A stretch of 64,000 nucleotides of DNA from the NCBI GenBank assembly GCA_045159875.1, contig CP067995.1:2048001-2112000 (forward strand), in the 5' to 3' direction. Shown piece after piece: positions 1 through 12,297 of the stretch. The stretch comes from a cyanobacterium endosymbiont of Rhopalodia gibba (GTDB taxonomy: Bacteria > Cyanobacteriota > Cyanobacteriia > Cyanobacteriales > Microcystaceae). Each line of letters begins with the position of its first letter. Position 1 is the first letter of the stretch. The translations under genes and the position numbers were made by a program. The notes below the pieces were generated by a model that did not search any database, was not told where the DNA came from, and worked only from the letters and a program-made list of their open reading frames with translations.

Positions 1-2262
1 AGCAAAAACTTTAGTCGATTGCAAGAGAAAAAAAAAATTTTTCTGCAGTTTCCTTTTAAAGGCTATCTTAGCCTAATAAGTTTTACGTTCGACGTGTTTG
101 GAGAGGTCGATGATGTAGAAGTTATACCTCCACACATTACATCAAATATATTTTGGCTAAAAAAGATAAAGCAGTAATCATGACATTACCATTCAATCAA
201 AATTGTTCAATAATTATTAAATATTTTAAGAAATAAGAAGACTAAATTTTAGAGCATTTGCACTCGAATAAAATTGAAATTAAGTTCGAAAGATAATTCT
301 ATTTAATATTAATCATCGATTAATTCTTTGGCTTTCATTAACTTTGACCTAATCAAAGCTCAAAAGACACTGAGAAAGTGAGTAGAGATAACATCATATT
401 TTTTAAGTATAAATTTATTTATTTCACACAATTGTTTTTGGTTACAGTAGCGATATTCAACCACCTAATAAGTTCTCTTTGAGTAAAAAAATAGACTTTC
501 ATTGACGCTAAATGTTTGACATTAGCGTTCAACTCCCAAGTATAGATATATAAAAAAACTAGCACCTAAATTCTTATTTTAGAAATAACCCCTAAATTAT
601 CAATTTTTTCTTTATTTTTAATGATTACTTTCTCTTTTGAGGCAAGTTATATTTCGGTTAATCTGTTAATAGATAACTTCTATGATAGTATCATTTTTAT
701 ATCGCTTAATTAACGATCAATAAACGCAACTTTTAAAAATATGTATGGTCGGCAATTTATTGGATAAGGTAATACCTGATAAAATTTTTTAAAAACTAAA
801 TTTTAAAAAAGGAGATAGCTTATTTACAAGTGAAACGTTTGATAGACTCCGAATTATCCTTTGTAATTTTAGATTTAATAAAGTAATATCTATTTAACGC
901 CAAGATAATTGTTGATGTCACAATGCCTTAGAAGATTTAGTTTGAATAGAGAATATTTATTATATAATCTAAAAATTGTTAACTTAATTTAAGCAGACTA
1001 ACTTCATTTAGGATAAAGGAATTGCTGGGGTTCTAGATAAAAATCTACTTAGGGTAAATTTGGCTATACTTCAATATTTATTTACCCATAAAAAATAGTC
1101 TACCTATTAATTAGTAGCAGCTTGCAGTGAGGGATTAACTAAAGACAATCTCTTTCATTAATGACAATAAATGGACTACTTTTATTAAAATTTTTAAATT
1201 TATTAGCTACTAAATCATTTGACTCAGTCTGGAAAACCTACAATTTTTACTGGTTTTTTGGGGATAATAAAGAAGCTATCAGATAGCTCTTGAAGCTAAA
1301 AAAACACACTCTCATTACTTCAGCACTTGCAAACTATACTAAATCTAGTTGCAAAAATCTATTCATGAATAAGGGGAAAATAATCTGGAGACAAACAATG
1401 CCTAGAAAATTTCATTTAATCATAAATATTAGTTTATTTAAACTTTTTAGTTCAGATTCTATAGATTCAAAAAAATGATATCCACTCTTGAAAGTCTACT
1501 TGTTATAGTAATAAGTTTTTATTAAATTTTAAAAATTTACTGAAAAATATAGTTAATTAAGAGAAAATAAACTTTTTTAAATTTTAAAACTACTTTAAAA
1601 GTTAGTCCACAAATTAAAATTAATATCAGTTAGATGAACAGATATAGAAAAAAGTAAAAGTAGCTTGTTTTATAAACAAAAAAAATATTACAAATAATAC
1701 TTTTAAAAGTCAAAAAACTAGAAGAACTATATCCCAAAAACGAAGTATATATATGGTCTATAGAAATAGAGTTAGCTTGTAGTCAATTTTTAAAAAGTTT
1801 TACATCTTATTCTGGCAACCAGTTTTATAAAAAAATAAAAACATCTTCGAAAATTATTATACAATATTGGCTAGTTTGTCCTCCAGAATTAGGGTATTTA
1901 AAAAGAGTAAAGTATTTTACACTAAATACTGCGATATAATTTTCTCCAAGTATTATATAGTATAAAATGTGCTGTCCCTATTTTTATCGTCTATGACCCA
2001 TTTATGTCCTAATTCTAAAAAACTTTCATTATTCTTGACATTGACTTAATGAATTATATCTTAGCATCTTGACTTTAGAAAAATAAAATATAAGCAATGT
2101 TAGTTAAAAGTCAGTTTGATAAAAAATATTAAGTATTTATTGATTCAACTTAAATAAGTTAGAATATTAAACATATTAGTTTAAATTTATGGTAACAGTA
2201 AAAAAATTTATTTACATAAATGGCGTCAATTCAAGTTAACTAATTTAATATCTAAAATTAAG

Positions 2263-3258
2263 ATGAAACATACAAAAAATCTTTTCAAAATCAAACAATT
2301 ACAACCTCTCTATAATCTTCTAGATAACAGAATAATTAAAGCTTATCCTGTGCTAAAATGGGCAGGAGGAAAAACAAAATTACTATCACAAATTCAAAAG
2401 CAATATCCCTCAAAACTACAACAAGGTTGTCTAAAGACTTACATAGAATCTTTTGTTGGAGGAGGTTCGGTTTTTTTTGACATTTACCATCATTTTAATA
2501 TTGAAAAAGCTTATCTTTTTGATAAGAATATTGAATTAATTATTTTATATAAAGTTATCAAAAATAACGCCGAATTACTAATTAGTAGATTATCAAATCT
2601 AAAAAAAGAATATCTAAATTTAACAGAAGAAAAAAGAGAAGTTTTTTACTATCAGTCTAGAACCGATTACAACACTTTTGATAAAAAAGATGATACCAAT
2701 ATTTATAAAAAAAATTGGGTAGAACGTGCCGCTCTGACAATTTTTCTTAACCATACGTGTTTTAATGGGTTGTATCGAGTAAATCGGAAGGGTTTGTTTA
2801 ATGTCCCGATGGGTAGATATAAAAATCCGGCCATACTTAACAGCAGCAATATTAGGGCTGTTAGTCAAGCATTTAAAATTGCAGAAATTAAACAATGCGA
2901 TTTTTCTGAAGTTCTAGAATATGCAGATAAAACTACTTTTATTTATTATGATCCTCCTTATCGTTCTATTAGTAAAACGGCTACTTTTAATGCTTATAAT
3001 TCTTTGAATTTTAATGATGATGAACAACGACGCTTAAGAGATACTTTTATAGAAGTATCTCAGCAAGGAGCTTATCAAATGTTAAGTAATTCTGATCCGA
3101 CTAATTATATTGAAGATTTCTTTTTTGATGAATTATATTCTGATTTTAATATTAAACGTATTTTTGCTTCACGGATGATTAACTCTAAGGGAAATAGGCG
3201 TGGTAAAATAAGGGAAATTCTTGTAACAAATTATTCGGATTATATCAATAAAATTTAA
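2263..3258 (+). CDS. Dam-family (D12 class) N6-adenine DNA methyltransferase, orphan
   Basis: PVLKWAGGKTKL, YIESFVGGGSV (motif I), FNGLYRVNRKGLFNVPMG, YYDPPY (motif IV), MLSNS, EILVTNY. Confidence 0.93.
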   Translation: MKHTKNLFKIKQLQPLYNLLDNRIIKAYPVLKWAGGKTKLLSQIQKQYPSKLQQGCLKTYIESFVGGGSVFFDIYHHFNIEKAYLFDKNIELIILYKVIKNNAELLISRLSNLKKEYLNLTEEKREVFYYQSRTDYNTFDKKDDTNIYKKNWVERAALTIFLNHTCFNGLYRVNRKGLFNVPMGRYKNPAILNSSNIRAVSQAFKIAEIKQCDFSEVLEYADKTTFIYYDPPYRSISKTATFNAYNSLNFNDDEQRRLRDTFIEVSQQGAYQMLSNSDPTNYIEDFFFDELYSDFNIKRIFASRMINSKGNRRGKIREILVTNYSDYINKI

Positions 3259-3270
3259 TCCTCATTAATC

Positions 3271-4160
3271 TTAAATCTACAAAAACTAGACAAGTTATTT
3301 TAAATGAATTGAGTAGTAAAATAGCAACTCAGTAGATAAATCAGCTAAAGAGTTAGTCACAAAAAGAATAGTTAGGCACAATCATTCGTCATTCTCCTTG
3401 TTTTAATTATTACTTCATAATAAAAATCGGTAGAATAAAGGTTCTCGAACGACTACTGTAGCATTTCTTAATACTTATGTATTTTTCGAATAAAAAACTC
3501 TATCAGAGGTAACCAGTTCCTCTTGTTCTTGATTAATTAATGACCATCAACAGTCTCCGGATAAATAGCTGCAGTGTAAACAGAAGTATTTTTTATCCAT
3601 TAGTATTGCAGGAAATTCCTTTTACTTCTAAGTAACTAGACGCTATACAAATAATGTGTATAATATTAATTATTGGGTAAATTACTAAACTATAAGAATA
3701 AAATATTAAATCAAGAAAAATAACAGTATTGTAATCTTAATACTATAATTTGAACTTATTAAGTAGGTAAGATGGTCTTTATAATGCCAATTAAATTGTA
3801 CTATGTCCATAGTAAGTAATAAATTTAAATATTTTCAAACCTCAAACAAAAATATCAAAAAAAATTAGAAAATTAATTATAAGTATTCCTGTTGAATGAA
3901 AGTTTTTTGAAAAACTCCTAATTCTGCTTTTTCAAGGCTCTTAAAATATCAAGACAGGATCCGTACAAAGCTCGACCTATTTATATTGATATAACTCTGC
4001 GAGTAGTACGATAAGATAATGATACTCCTAAGTAATTTTCCAAATCAGTCACCAGTTCATTGACTGCTAAACGAGATAACAAAGTATAGCTATCTCGTTC
4101 AGCAGAGCTAATGTTGTTAACAACTTGAGTGAATACACGCATATTTTTCAACTCATCCAT
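3271..4160 (-). pseudogene. LysR-family transcriptional regulator, degraded
   Basis: Manual minus-strand translation from ATG 4160: MDELKNMRVFTQVV...LSRLAVNELVTDLENYLG, resembling a LysR HTH; frameshifts and stops follow; divergent from pirin; 3' end approximate. Confidence 0.75.
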
Positions 4161-4245
4161 AATAGTTTAACTCTCTAAATTTTAGAGATGATGCGTAATT
4201 TATAATTAAAATTATCTTTTTCTTATAAAAGAGGAAGTACGAATA

Positions 4246-4931
4246 ATGGTTACTGTTCGTTAATCCCAAGTAATGGATAAAATTAATTTTAGTTATCTCG
4301 ACAGTAAATATACCTTTTCTACTAATAGCTATTAGCAGAAAAAATACATGAAATTTAGTCATCTGCAGGTGATCAATGAAGATCAATTTGAACCAACCAA
4401 AAAATTTAACTCTAATAACCACAGAGATGTAGAAATTACTCCTATCTTTTGAACGGTACATTAAAAAATAAAGATAGTATTGGGAGCAGTTCAGTAATTC
4501 ATATAGAGGATAGACAATAGATGTTAAGTGGGACAGTAATTACCCACAGCAGGTTTAATGCTTCTATTATCAAGTCAGTTCGGTTTTTGCAAATTTGGCG
4601 TATCCATAATACAAAAAAATTTGAACCAGGCTGCCGAGAAAAACATTTTTCTCGGTCTACAAAACAAGAAATATTAAAATCGACCGTCTACCCCAATGAT
4701 AAAATCTATCAGGATGTTAAGTTCTATGTTGCTGTTTTAAATGAGGATAATTATGTTAATCACAACAGTGAAAATAATCAATCATTATGGTTTTAAGTTA
4801 CTAACGGTTTTTTAAAGAGCAATGACCAAATCCTAAATACTAACGATGGTGCTATTCTCTCTCAAGAAACCAATATTAAACTTGCTTTTACTAGCTATGA
4901 TACCTAAATTTTGCTTTTTAAATTAATCTAA
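4246..4931 (+). pseudogene. Pirin family protein (YhhW-like), degraded
   Basis: Fragments MVTVR*SQ..YLDSKYTFS, HLQVINEDQFEP, HRDVEI, KDSIGS, MLSGTVITHSRFNAS, FLQIW..EPG, ILLFKLI*; explains ORF 4521..4796. Confidence 0.85.
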
Positions 4932-4997
4932 CAAGTAAGAATAGATAAGAGCTTATTTAAACTTGATTAAAAAACTTATCACGATAATTTTTATTAT

Positions 4998-5591
4998 ATG
5001 AAAACTTTAGAAGCGATTTATCAATATCGTTCTGTAAAAGGTTACGGTCCTAACCAGAAAATAACTCCTAAAGAAGAACAGAATCTTCTTCAGGCAAGGA
5101 TTTAATCTCCAACCAGTTTTCATATTCAATATTGGCGTTTCGTTATTCTTCGAAATACAAAATTACGACAAAAAATCATAAAAAATTTAGTAATTATTAA
5201 GTTCAAATGACGGATGCTTCTTTACTGATTATATTTACAGCAGATATGAAAGCTTGGCAAAAAAAACCTCAACGTTATTGGCGTAATGCTCCTCAAGAAG
5301 TAGCGAATTGATTAGTTAATTGCATGAGTATCTTTTATGAAATACGGGAATGGTTATAACGAGATGAAGCTCAAGGTTCAATTGGTATAGAAATGCAGAC
5401 TCTAATGTTAATAGCTAAAGCGCTCTTGTCCAATTATTGGTTTTAATATTAATAAAGTGGCAAAGCTCATTGACTTACCAGATAATTATCTAATCGGTCC
5501 AATGGTAACAATTCGCAAAAAAGTAAAAAAGCCTTGGACTAAACCTAGACAATTAACGCTGGATGAGTTAGTAGTTAAAAATAAATTTTAA
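4998..5591 (+). pseudogene. drgA: Nitroreductase DrgA-like, with stops and frameshifts
   Basis: MKTLEAIYQYRSVK...I*SPTSFHIQYWRFVILR, QMTDASLLIIFTADMKAWQKKPQRYWRNAPQEVAN, RDEAQGSIG, IGPMV; recalled as similar to Synechocystis DrgA. Confidence 0.88.
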
Positions 5592-6129
5592 ATGGTAGAT
5601 TTTAGTTAAAAAATATCAGATTTTATTAGGAAAATAAGAGAATAATTAAACTTTTTTAAAATAAAAATTGACAATACTTTAGGTCCATAGTGCCGGATAT
5701 TAATTAATACATGCTACTCCATTTATATATATTTTTTTAATAAATTTTTATATTTAATATAATTACAAATTTGCAAAATATTGACTACTTTCTCTTAGAG
5801 AAGTTTACTAATAAATAAAATCTTAACATAAAATATAAGTATATTTTAAATATTCATAGAGATAAAATATCTAATTTTCTTAGTTCTCTTATAGAAAAAC
5901 ACTTTTATATAAAAAAGTGTCTTATATTGTTAAATAAAAATAAAAATTCAACGTATATATTTTTACTCTTTATTTAAATTTAAAGACAGTATTTGCCTTA
6001 ACAAGTCTTTATAATATTTAGTCATTAATATACAACTTAGTCTAGAGTAGACTCAGAAAAAATTAGATTATTAAAACCGATTATTTTTAGCTATTAATTA
6101 TTTAATACAAAAGGCTTTTAAAGTTTTTT

Positions 6130-6760
6130 ATTATGAAATTACCAAGTTAAATCAAGATTACATAAAAATAAAAAAATTCAGCAATAAAAGAGAATGTGGT
6201 GTAAATTTAGTTAACTTTAAAAGGTCAACTGATAATAAACTTTAGCCAACCTTTCAACTTTGTCTCTATAAATCTCAAGGTTAGAGAAAAAAAGAATACC
6301 AGTTGTTCCTTTGCTTATATTTTCGATCCTCACCCTGATGATTTCAGTATGTTAGAGAAACAATTAGTCTCTTACGGTTTTTAAATTGTCATTCCTCATT
6401 ACATTAGTGGTGATACAGAAAAATGAGAGAAGATAGTTAATAGTTACTCTCTTGAATAGGATTATTTGTAATAATTTATTTGCCGACTGTTAGATGTTAG
6501 TTCTATTCTAGATAAGTCAGAAAGTAGAAATAAAACATAATTTATGACAGGTCTTAATTAGATAAGGTTGGTATCTTAGAACATTTTTTTTTGCACTTGC
6601 TGAGGACTGGAAGCTAATGTCAAACCTTAAATTTACCTATTCAAGACTATAATTTTTAAGCTTCAAAAGTAATGGTGATTAGGATTACAAATACTGTCAA
6701 TAGTATTATTGTTGAGTAACAAAGATTAAGTAAAGTTAATCCTCTCATCATTTCGGTGCC
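6130..6760 (+). pseudogene. Cyanobacterial alpha/beta hydrolase, degraded
   Basis: Fragments QLVSYGF*IVIPHYISGDT and FICRLLDVSSILDKSESRN..DKVGILEH, resembling LASYGF/RPLDVS/VGVxGHS motifs; boundaries approximate. Confidence 0.6.
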
Positions 6761-7995
6761 ATAACAACTTTACTAGCTTTATCGATCAATCATTAAGATA
6801 ATAATTACTATTTGTCTGCAGTTCTTGAACTCTTATACTATTTTCGCTAAGTCAGAATTTTTAAATTAATGGCTGTTATGCCTGTAAATTATCTTTGATA
6901 ATAGCAACGTCTTCTGATTGTTCAGTCAATTTATGCTCAAAATCTTTAATTTTTTGCTGAATCTCTTTTTAAGTACTCTCTATTTTCTGTTTTAGTCTAA
7001 AAAATATTTTTTATAGAGGATAAGTGAATGCCCTTTGTTGGCTCATGGATTAAACTCCTAAATACTAATTATTGATTGATAGTTGTTCTTCTCTCATCTA
7101 TGATGCTAAATTTAATTGTTATACTCCCCTAAAAAAATATATTTATGAACTCAAGACTCATATATTAATTAATATTGATAATCTTCCTATAAATAAGATT
7201 TTTTTATGTTTTCCTAGATCCTTAGCCAAATGTTCATGAACTAAATTCGAGCATTTTGTATTTACTTATGGAATTTAATTCTATAAAGTTTATTCTGCTC
7301 TAAGTTCATTAAAAATGCATATATTATCTTTATCTTCTAGATATTTTTTTTCGGATTTTTAATTTTTATTTAAAAATAAAATTTTTAATAGATATTTCTT
7401 ATTCAATAAGCTCTTCTCTTGTATGTTTTGGTCTTGGATTTTAACAAGAATATCTGAGCCTTCTTCAATAATTTCATCCTCTTTAATTCCAAACTTTTTT
7501 GACATAATTTTTTAGTCTATCCAACGAGTTATTTTCAGTCTTATCGATACTTATCCATCTGCTGCTCTCAATTTTCATTTAGGGACTAATTGTTCAAGTT
7601 GTTTATTTGGTTAATATAGTTTTTTTTACTTTTCTTTACTTAAAACTCTTATGTTTAAAGATTTTAACTCTTTCTTTTCCCAATTAATTATATTTTCGAG
7701 AATCTCCTCATTGTAATTGAAACTTATTTTTACAGCGCACACACTATTTTTGAAAGTCCATCCCTAAGACGCTTACAAAAGTAAATGCTATCTTCTTAAG
7801 AAGACAAAATTTTAACCTTTCATAAAATTACATTTCAGTCTAAGTGAACTAAGATGCTGAGTTAAATAAGATTTTCTAGACATTATTTCTGTCTATATTA
7901 TTTACCTCTTATTGTAATTCTAAGTTTGTTTTCCTAAACAAATTTTAGTATAATCACTTTTTTAAAAAATGTAGATTCACACGCATTTAGAACAG

Positions 7996-9936
7996 TTAAT
8001 TCTGATTTTTTATAGAGTCTCTTTTATCATCAATTATTGCAGAATGATACTTTGTTTTGTGTGAACACAATTCCAAATACACCAACAAAGCGTTAATATC
8101 AGCAGGGTTAACTCCCCCAATACGGGATGCTTGACCTAGGGTTAAAGGTTTTACTTCAGTTAATTTTTCCCTAGATTCCATTGACAATGTTTCAATTTTC
8201 ATGTAGTTTAAGTTTGCTGGTAATTGGCGATTACTATGACGACTAATTTGGTCAATTTGGTTTTGTTGGCGTTTCAAATAACCAGAGTATTTAATATCGA
8301 TTTCTGCTCTTTGTTTTTCTACTGAACTAAGTTGAGAATTTCCTAATCCATAATGATCTAAGTTAGTATAATGAAACCCAGGACGGCGTAACAAATCGGC
8401 TAAAGTAATTGATCCTTTAATCTTTTGTTGAGTTTCTGTTGCAATGGCAATTCCGACCTTATCCGTCCCTTTAATTCTAGTTTCGCAAAGACGTTTTTTT
8501 TCTACAGAAATACTATCTTGTTTCGTTTTAAAAAGTTGCCAGCGACGATTATCAATTAACCCAATTTTTCTACCTAACGGTGTTAACCGTTGATCGGCAT
8601 TATCTGACCTTAAAATTAGACGATATTCCGACCGAGAGGTTAACATTCGATAAGGTTCTCGTAAATCTTTGGTACACAAATCATCAATTAAAGTTCCCAG
8701 ATAACTTTCTTCTCGTGGGAAGATAATCATCTCTTGATTTTTAACGAACTGAACTGCATTAATTCCTGCCACAATGCCTTGGGCTGCTGCTTCTTCATAT
8801 CCCGTCGTTCCATTGACTTGACCAGCGCAAAATAACCCTTCAATTTTCTTAGTCATCAGGGTAGGATAACATTGGGTAGCAGGAAGATAATCATATTCCA
8901 CCGCGTATGCGGGCCGTAACATTTCGCATTTTTCTAACCCTGGAAGGGTTCTTAACATCGCTAATTGAATATTTTCGGGAAGTCCCGTAGAAAATCCTTG
9001 AATATAAAGCTCACGAATATCTCGTCCTTCAGGTTCAATGAAAATTTGATGACTTTCTTTATCTGCAAACCGAACAATTTTATCTTCAATAGAAGGACAG
9101 TAACGAGGACCTTTAGAGTCGATGAACCCTCCGTAAATTGGAGATAGGTGTAAATTATTATTAATGATCTGATGAGTTTGGACTGTGGTTCTGGTCAAAT
9201 AACAGTTCATTTGTTCTCGTTCAATCCAAACTTCAGGATCAAAACTAAACCAACGTACTTCATCGTCAGGGGGTTGAAGCTCTAAATTACGATAGTCGAC
9301 TGATCGTTTATCCACTCTAGCAGGAGTTCCAGTTTTAAGTCTTCCAGTTTCAAACCCCAATTTATTCAAAGTTTCAGTAAGTCCTACTGCTGCAAACTCT
9401 CCGGCTCTACCTGCTTCCATCGATTTATTCCCAATCCAAATACGACCCCTTAAAAAAGTTCCGGTAGTTAAAACAACTGCTTGTGCGCCGAAACAAGTAC
9501 CAAAGTAGGTTTCAATGCCGATCACTTGATCATTTTTTCCTATGACTAAATCCGTCGCCATACCTTCACGAATTGTTAAATTGTCTTGATTTTCAACAAT
9601 TTTTGTCATTACTGCTGAATATTCCCGTTTATCGGTCTGTGCACGTAATGCCCACACTGCAGGACCTCTTGAGCTGTTAAGAACTCGTTTTTGCAAATAG
9701 GTACGGTCTGCCATTTTGCCGATTTCTCCCCCTAATGCGTCTACCTCATGAGTAAGTTGAGACTTCGCTAGTCCTCCCACTGCGGGGTTACAAGGTTGCC
9801 AAGCAATTTTATCTAGGTTGATAGTTAACATCAGGGTGCGACATCCACGACGTGCACTCGCTAAAGCTGCCTCGCATCCTGCATGGCCTGCGCCAACAAT
9901 GATGATATCAAAAGTATCTTGGAAATCGATGGTCAT
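7996..9936 (-). CDS. mnmG: tRNA uridine-5-carboxymethylaminomethyl(34) synthesis enzyme MnmG
   Basis: [49 protein letters not shown]; start placed at ATG 9936 (MTIDFQD). Confidence 0.98.
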   Translation of the reverse strand: MTIDFQDTFDIIIVGAGHAGCEAALASARRGCRTLMLTINLDKIAWQPCNPAVGGLAKSQLTHEVDALGGEIGKMADRTYLQKRVLNSSRGPAVWALRAQTDKREYSAVMTKIVENQDNLTIREGMATDLVIGKNDQVIGIETYFGTCFGAQAVVLTTGTFLRGRIWIGNKSMEAGRAGEFAAVGLTETLNKLGFETGRLKTGTPARVDKRSVDYRNLELQPPDDEVRWFSFDPEVWIEREQMNCYLTRTTVQTHQIINNNLHLSPIYGGFIDSKGPRYCPSIEDKIVRFADKESHQIFIEPEGRDIRELYIQGFSTGLPENIQLAMLRTLPGLEKCEMLRPAYAVEYDYLPATQCYPTLMTKKIEGLFCAGQVNGTTGYEEAAAQGIVAGINAVQFVKNQEMIIFPREESYLGTLIDDLCTKDLREPYRMLTSRSEYRLILRSDNADQRLTPLGRKIGLIDNRRWQLFKTKQDSISVEKKRLCETRIKGTDKVGIAIATETQQKIKGSITLADLLRRPGFHYTNLDHYGLGNSQLSSVEKQRAEIDIKYSGYLKRQQNQIDQISRHSNRQLPANLNYMKIETLSMESREKLTEVKPLTLGQASRIGGVNPADINALLVYLELCSHKTKYHSAIIDDKRDSIKNQN

Positions 9937-10318
9937 TAGATATACGAAAAAATACAGCTTCTCTGACTTATAGAATAACAAATTTTGAGATTTATTTTAT
10001 AAATGAGTAATTGATTACTCATTGTTGAATCAATTCAGAGAAGATTATATATATAAAGATAGTTTAATCATGTTTCTAATATTTTATTTACTCTTAAGCC
10101 AAATGAATTTGCAAGTTAAGTATCGGGATATTTTCTTGATTTAATTAACTTTTAAATATTACTTATTGAATTGATAATCATTTTCTTCATGACCATAGCA
10201 ACTGAGATTTTTTGTCCTTTATATTGGATGATGAGACTTGGCAAAATTTGTATCTCAGGTTAAGCTCTAAGCGGAATCATAATCTGATCTAATTTTCTCG
10301 TGTGGTGTTGAGAAGTTA

Positions 10319-10546
10319 ATGAAAGTACAGACCCCCCAACTTCGAACTCTTCCCTGGGGCTTACTCCGGGAGTTTTTATTACTAACTAGTGTATTAGGCA
10401 CTTCTGCTGGTCTAGGTTTTGGAGCTGCCATAACGTTAAACCGCCCTGTTGAGCCTGGAGGAACTGTTTTGCATTCGGAACAGTCCTTTCCTCCTCGTCA
10501 GGACTGGCCAATTGGACCAACCGTAGGGACTGTTTTACCGCGTTAA
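10319..10546 (+). CDS. Small single-pass membrane protein resembling the C-terminal tail of cyanobacterial Ser/Thr kinases
   Basis: Intact 75-aa ORF with gene-like GC; hydrophobic segment ending GLGFG then HSEQSFPPRQDWP; followed by a hairpin. Confidence 0.7.
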   Translation: MKVQTPQLRTLPWGLLREFLLLTSVLGTSAGLGFGAAITLNRPVEPGGTVLHSEQSFPPRQDWPIGPTVGTVLPR

Positions 10547-10558
10547 GTTAAAAATCGA

Positions 10559-10584
10559 TAGGGGTCGACAGTCGTTTACCCCTA
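10559..10584 (+). terminator. Stem-loop after the 75-aa ORF
   Basis: taggggt...accccta inverted repeat 12 nt after the stop. Confidence 0.5.
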
Positions 10585-10715
10585 CACTGTGTAAATAATT
10601 TACATTTTTGTCGTAAATGAATTAATCAGTAGCCAAAAAATCCGAAAATTTCGCTAAATTTTGAAAATTGATGATGTCTTCTAATTCTCAAGCCTCAAAA
10701 ATTTTTTTTATGAGC

Positions 10716-11076
10716 TTAAGGTAATTGAAAGGCTCTCAGAGACAAAGCAGTAATCACATGCCGACCGAGTTGTTCTCTAATAGAATCTCTTTGGGCAAAA
10801 ATAAGTTATTTATCCTTAGAGGTTTTCGTTTGCACGGTTAAACAATAGTGTAGCTCAGTCTACTATAACCTACTCCCCTTCTCATCGCCGTTGCTAAATC
10901 AAAATCTTGTCGATGTTGATCATTGATTCTGTAGGAAGTTCTCCGTCTAAATTAGGGACAGACTGACCTGAGAGAATGACACCTGTGGGACTCATTAGAA
11001 TAAATTGAGAGATATGGGTTTTACTCAAATAGGATTTAATAGATGCGTTCACCAATGTTTACGACACAGCGTAGAC
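10716..11076 (-). pseudogene. Unidentified gene remnant
   Basis: Elevated GC; protein-like minus-strand fragments ILMSPTGVILSGQSVPNLDGELP and IFAQRDSIREQLGRHVITALSLRAFQLP*. Confidence 0.35.
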
Positions 11077-11127
11077 GCAGTTCATCATAGAAAAAACAAA
11101 TAATTTGTTTTTTCTATGATGAACTGC
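11077..11127. repeat. Perfect inverted repeat, 25-bp arms, 1-nt centre
   Basis: gcagttcatcatagaaaaaacaaat-a-atttgttttttctatgatgaactgc. Confidence 0.97.
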
Positions 11128-11279
11128 CAATAATAACCAGTTGATTGGTCCAATAAAGAATAATTAAAGTTTGATAGACAAATACGTCGGTTTTGAATTC
11201 ATTATTTAATCTTAAAATAGCAGTAATAGTTAAATTACCATGCTGTTTTTTGAATTCTCTTATGAAAACTTAAAAAAGG

Positions 11280-11319
11280 AATCACTAACAAATTAGCATT
11301 TAAGAATTTGTTAGTGATT
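11280..11319. repeat. Perfect inverted repeat, 15-bp arms, 10-nt loop
   Basis: aatcactaacaaatt-agcatttaag-aatttgttagtgatt. Confidence 0.92.
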
Positions 11320-12297
11320 AAAAGGACAGAACAATAGTTGCGACAAGCTTTCAGATAGTCACTAAAAAGATAAAAATTGTGTTCGCAAACTCAAGGATGA
11401 TATCCTTTGATAAGCTAATCCAAGTTGCTGTTTACTCAGAAAAAAGTCATATTTATTCCAGTTAATTTTATGATAAATTAAGAGGTTATTTATAGTATAT
11501 TAATTACTTGGAAAACGTTCAGTATCTTTTCATGTTAATCCTATTAATACGCCATTATTAGCTAGATTTTTTTCGTCTTTTATGAGCACATATTCTACAA
11601 ATTTAGCTGTAATAAGATTACGATAAACTAAAAAATGTTACAAATACTTAAGTTTTATAAACTATTATCTAGTATAAATTTTAATGTTTACCTCACTTTT
11701 TACTGAAAATCGGTGTGATTCTACACATTACCATCTTTTTATAGAAAAAAACGCAACGTTAATAATTTTATGAAGTTAGAAATTAGCAACTGCCTTTGAA
11801 AGAGAAATTTATGCCTTATTCTAAATTAGAAATTAAGTCAAAATACTAGTTTTTTTGAGACTAACTATCATAAAAGTATAAGAAATAAAAGCTATAATTT
11901 TCACTTTATAGATATTTATTAATGAAAGACTTGGAAATCATAAGTTGCTGATTTATGGGACTCAGTCTATATTAATTAAATAATATTTTTAATTTTCAGT
12001 TATTATTACTAGTACAAGAAATTTATCGATTTTTAATTATAGTAAATTCAACTATAAAAATTAAAACTTATAGACATTGTTAATAAGTTTATTATAAATA
12101 TTTTAATCTATAGAACTTGCCAATTGAGCTGATAAATTTTAATGGTAAATAATTAGACTTTTATTCACTCTATGTGATAATTTATTTTATACTTTCTAAG
12201 CCTATTAGAGACTGGTTTTTATCAAAATTTGTCGCTAGAATATTATTTCACCACAATAAGTCATAATAGGATATGAAAATTTGTAACCAATTGCACC

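Noticed and set aside
1290..1478. 62-aa ORF, and similar ones at 4153..4461, 25522..25713, 39509..39712 and 57770..57955
   Set aside because: They lie in degraded AT-rich DNA and are likely chance frames or pseudogene pieces.
9937..10318. Possible oriC next to mnmG/gidA
   Set aside because: No DnaA-box cluster seen, and gidA-oriC linkage is not typical of cyanobacteria.
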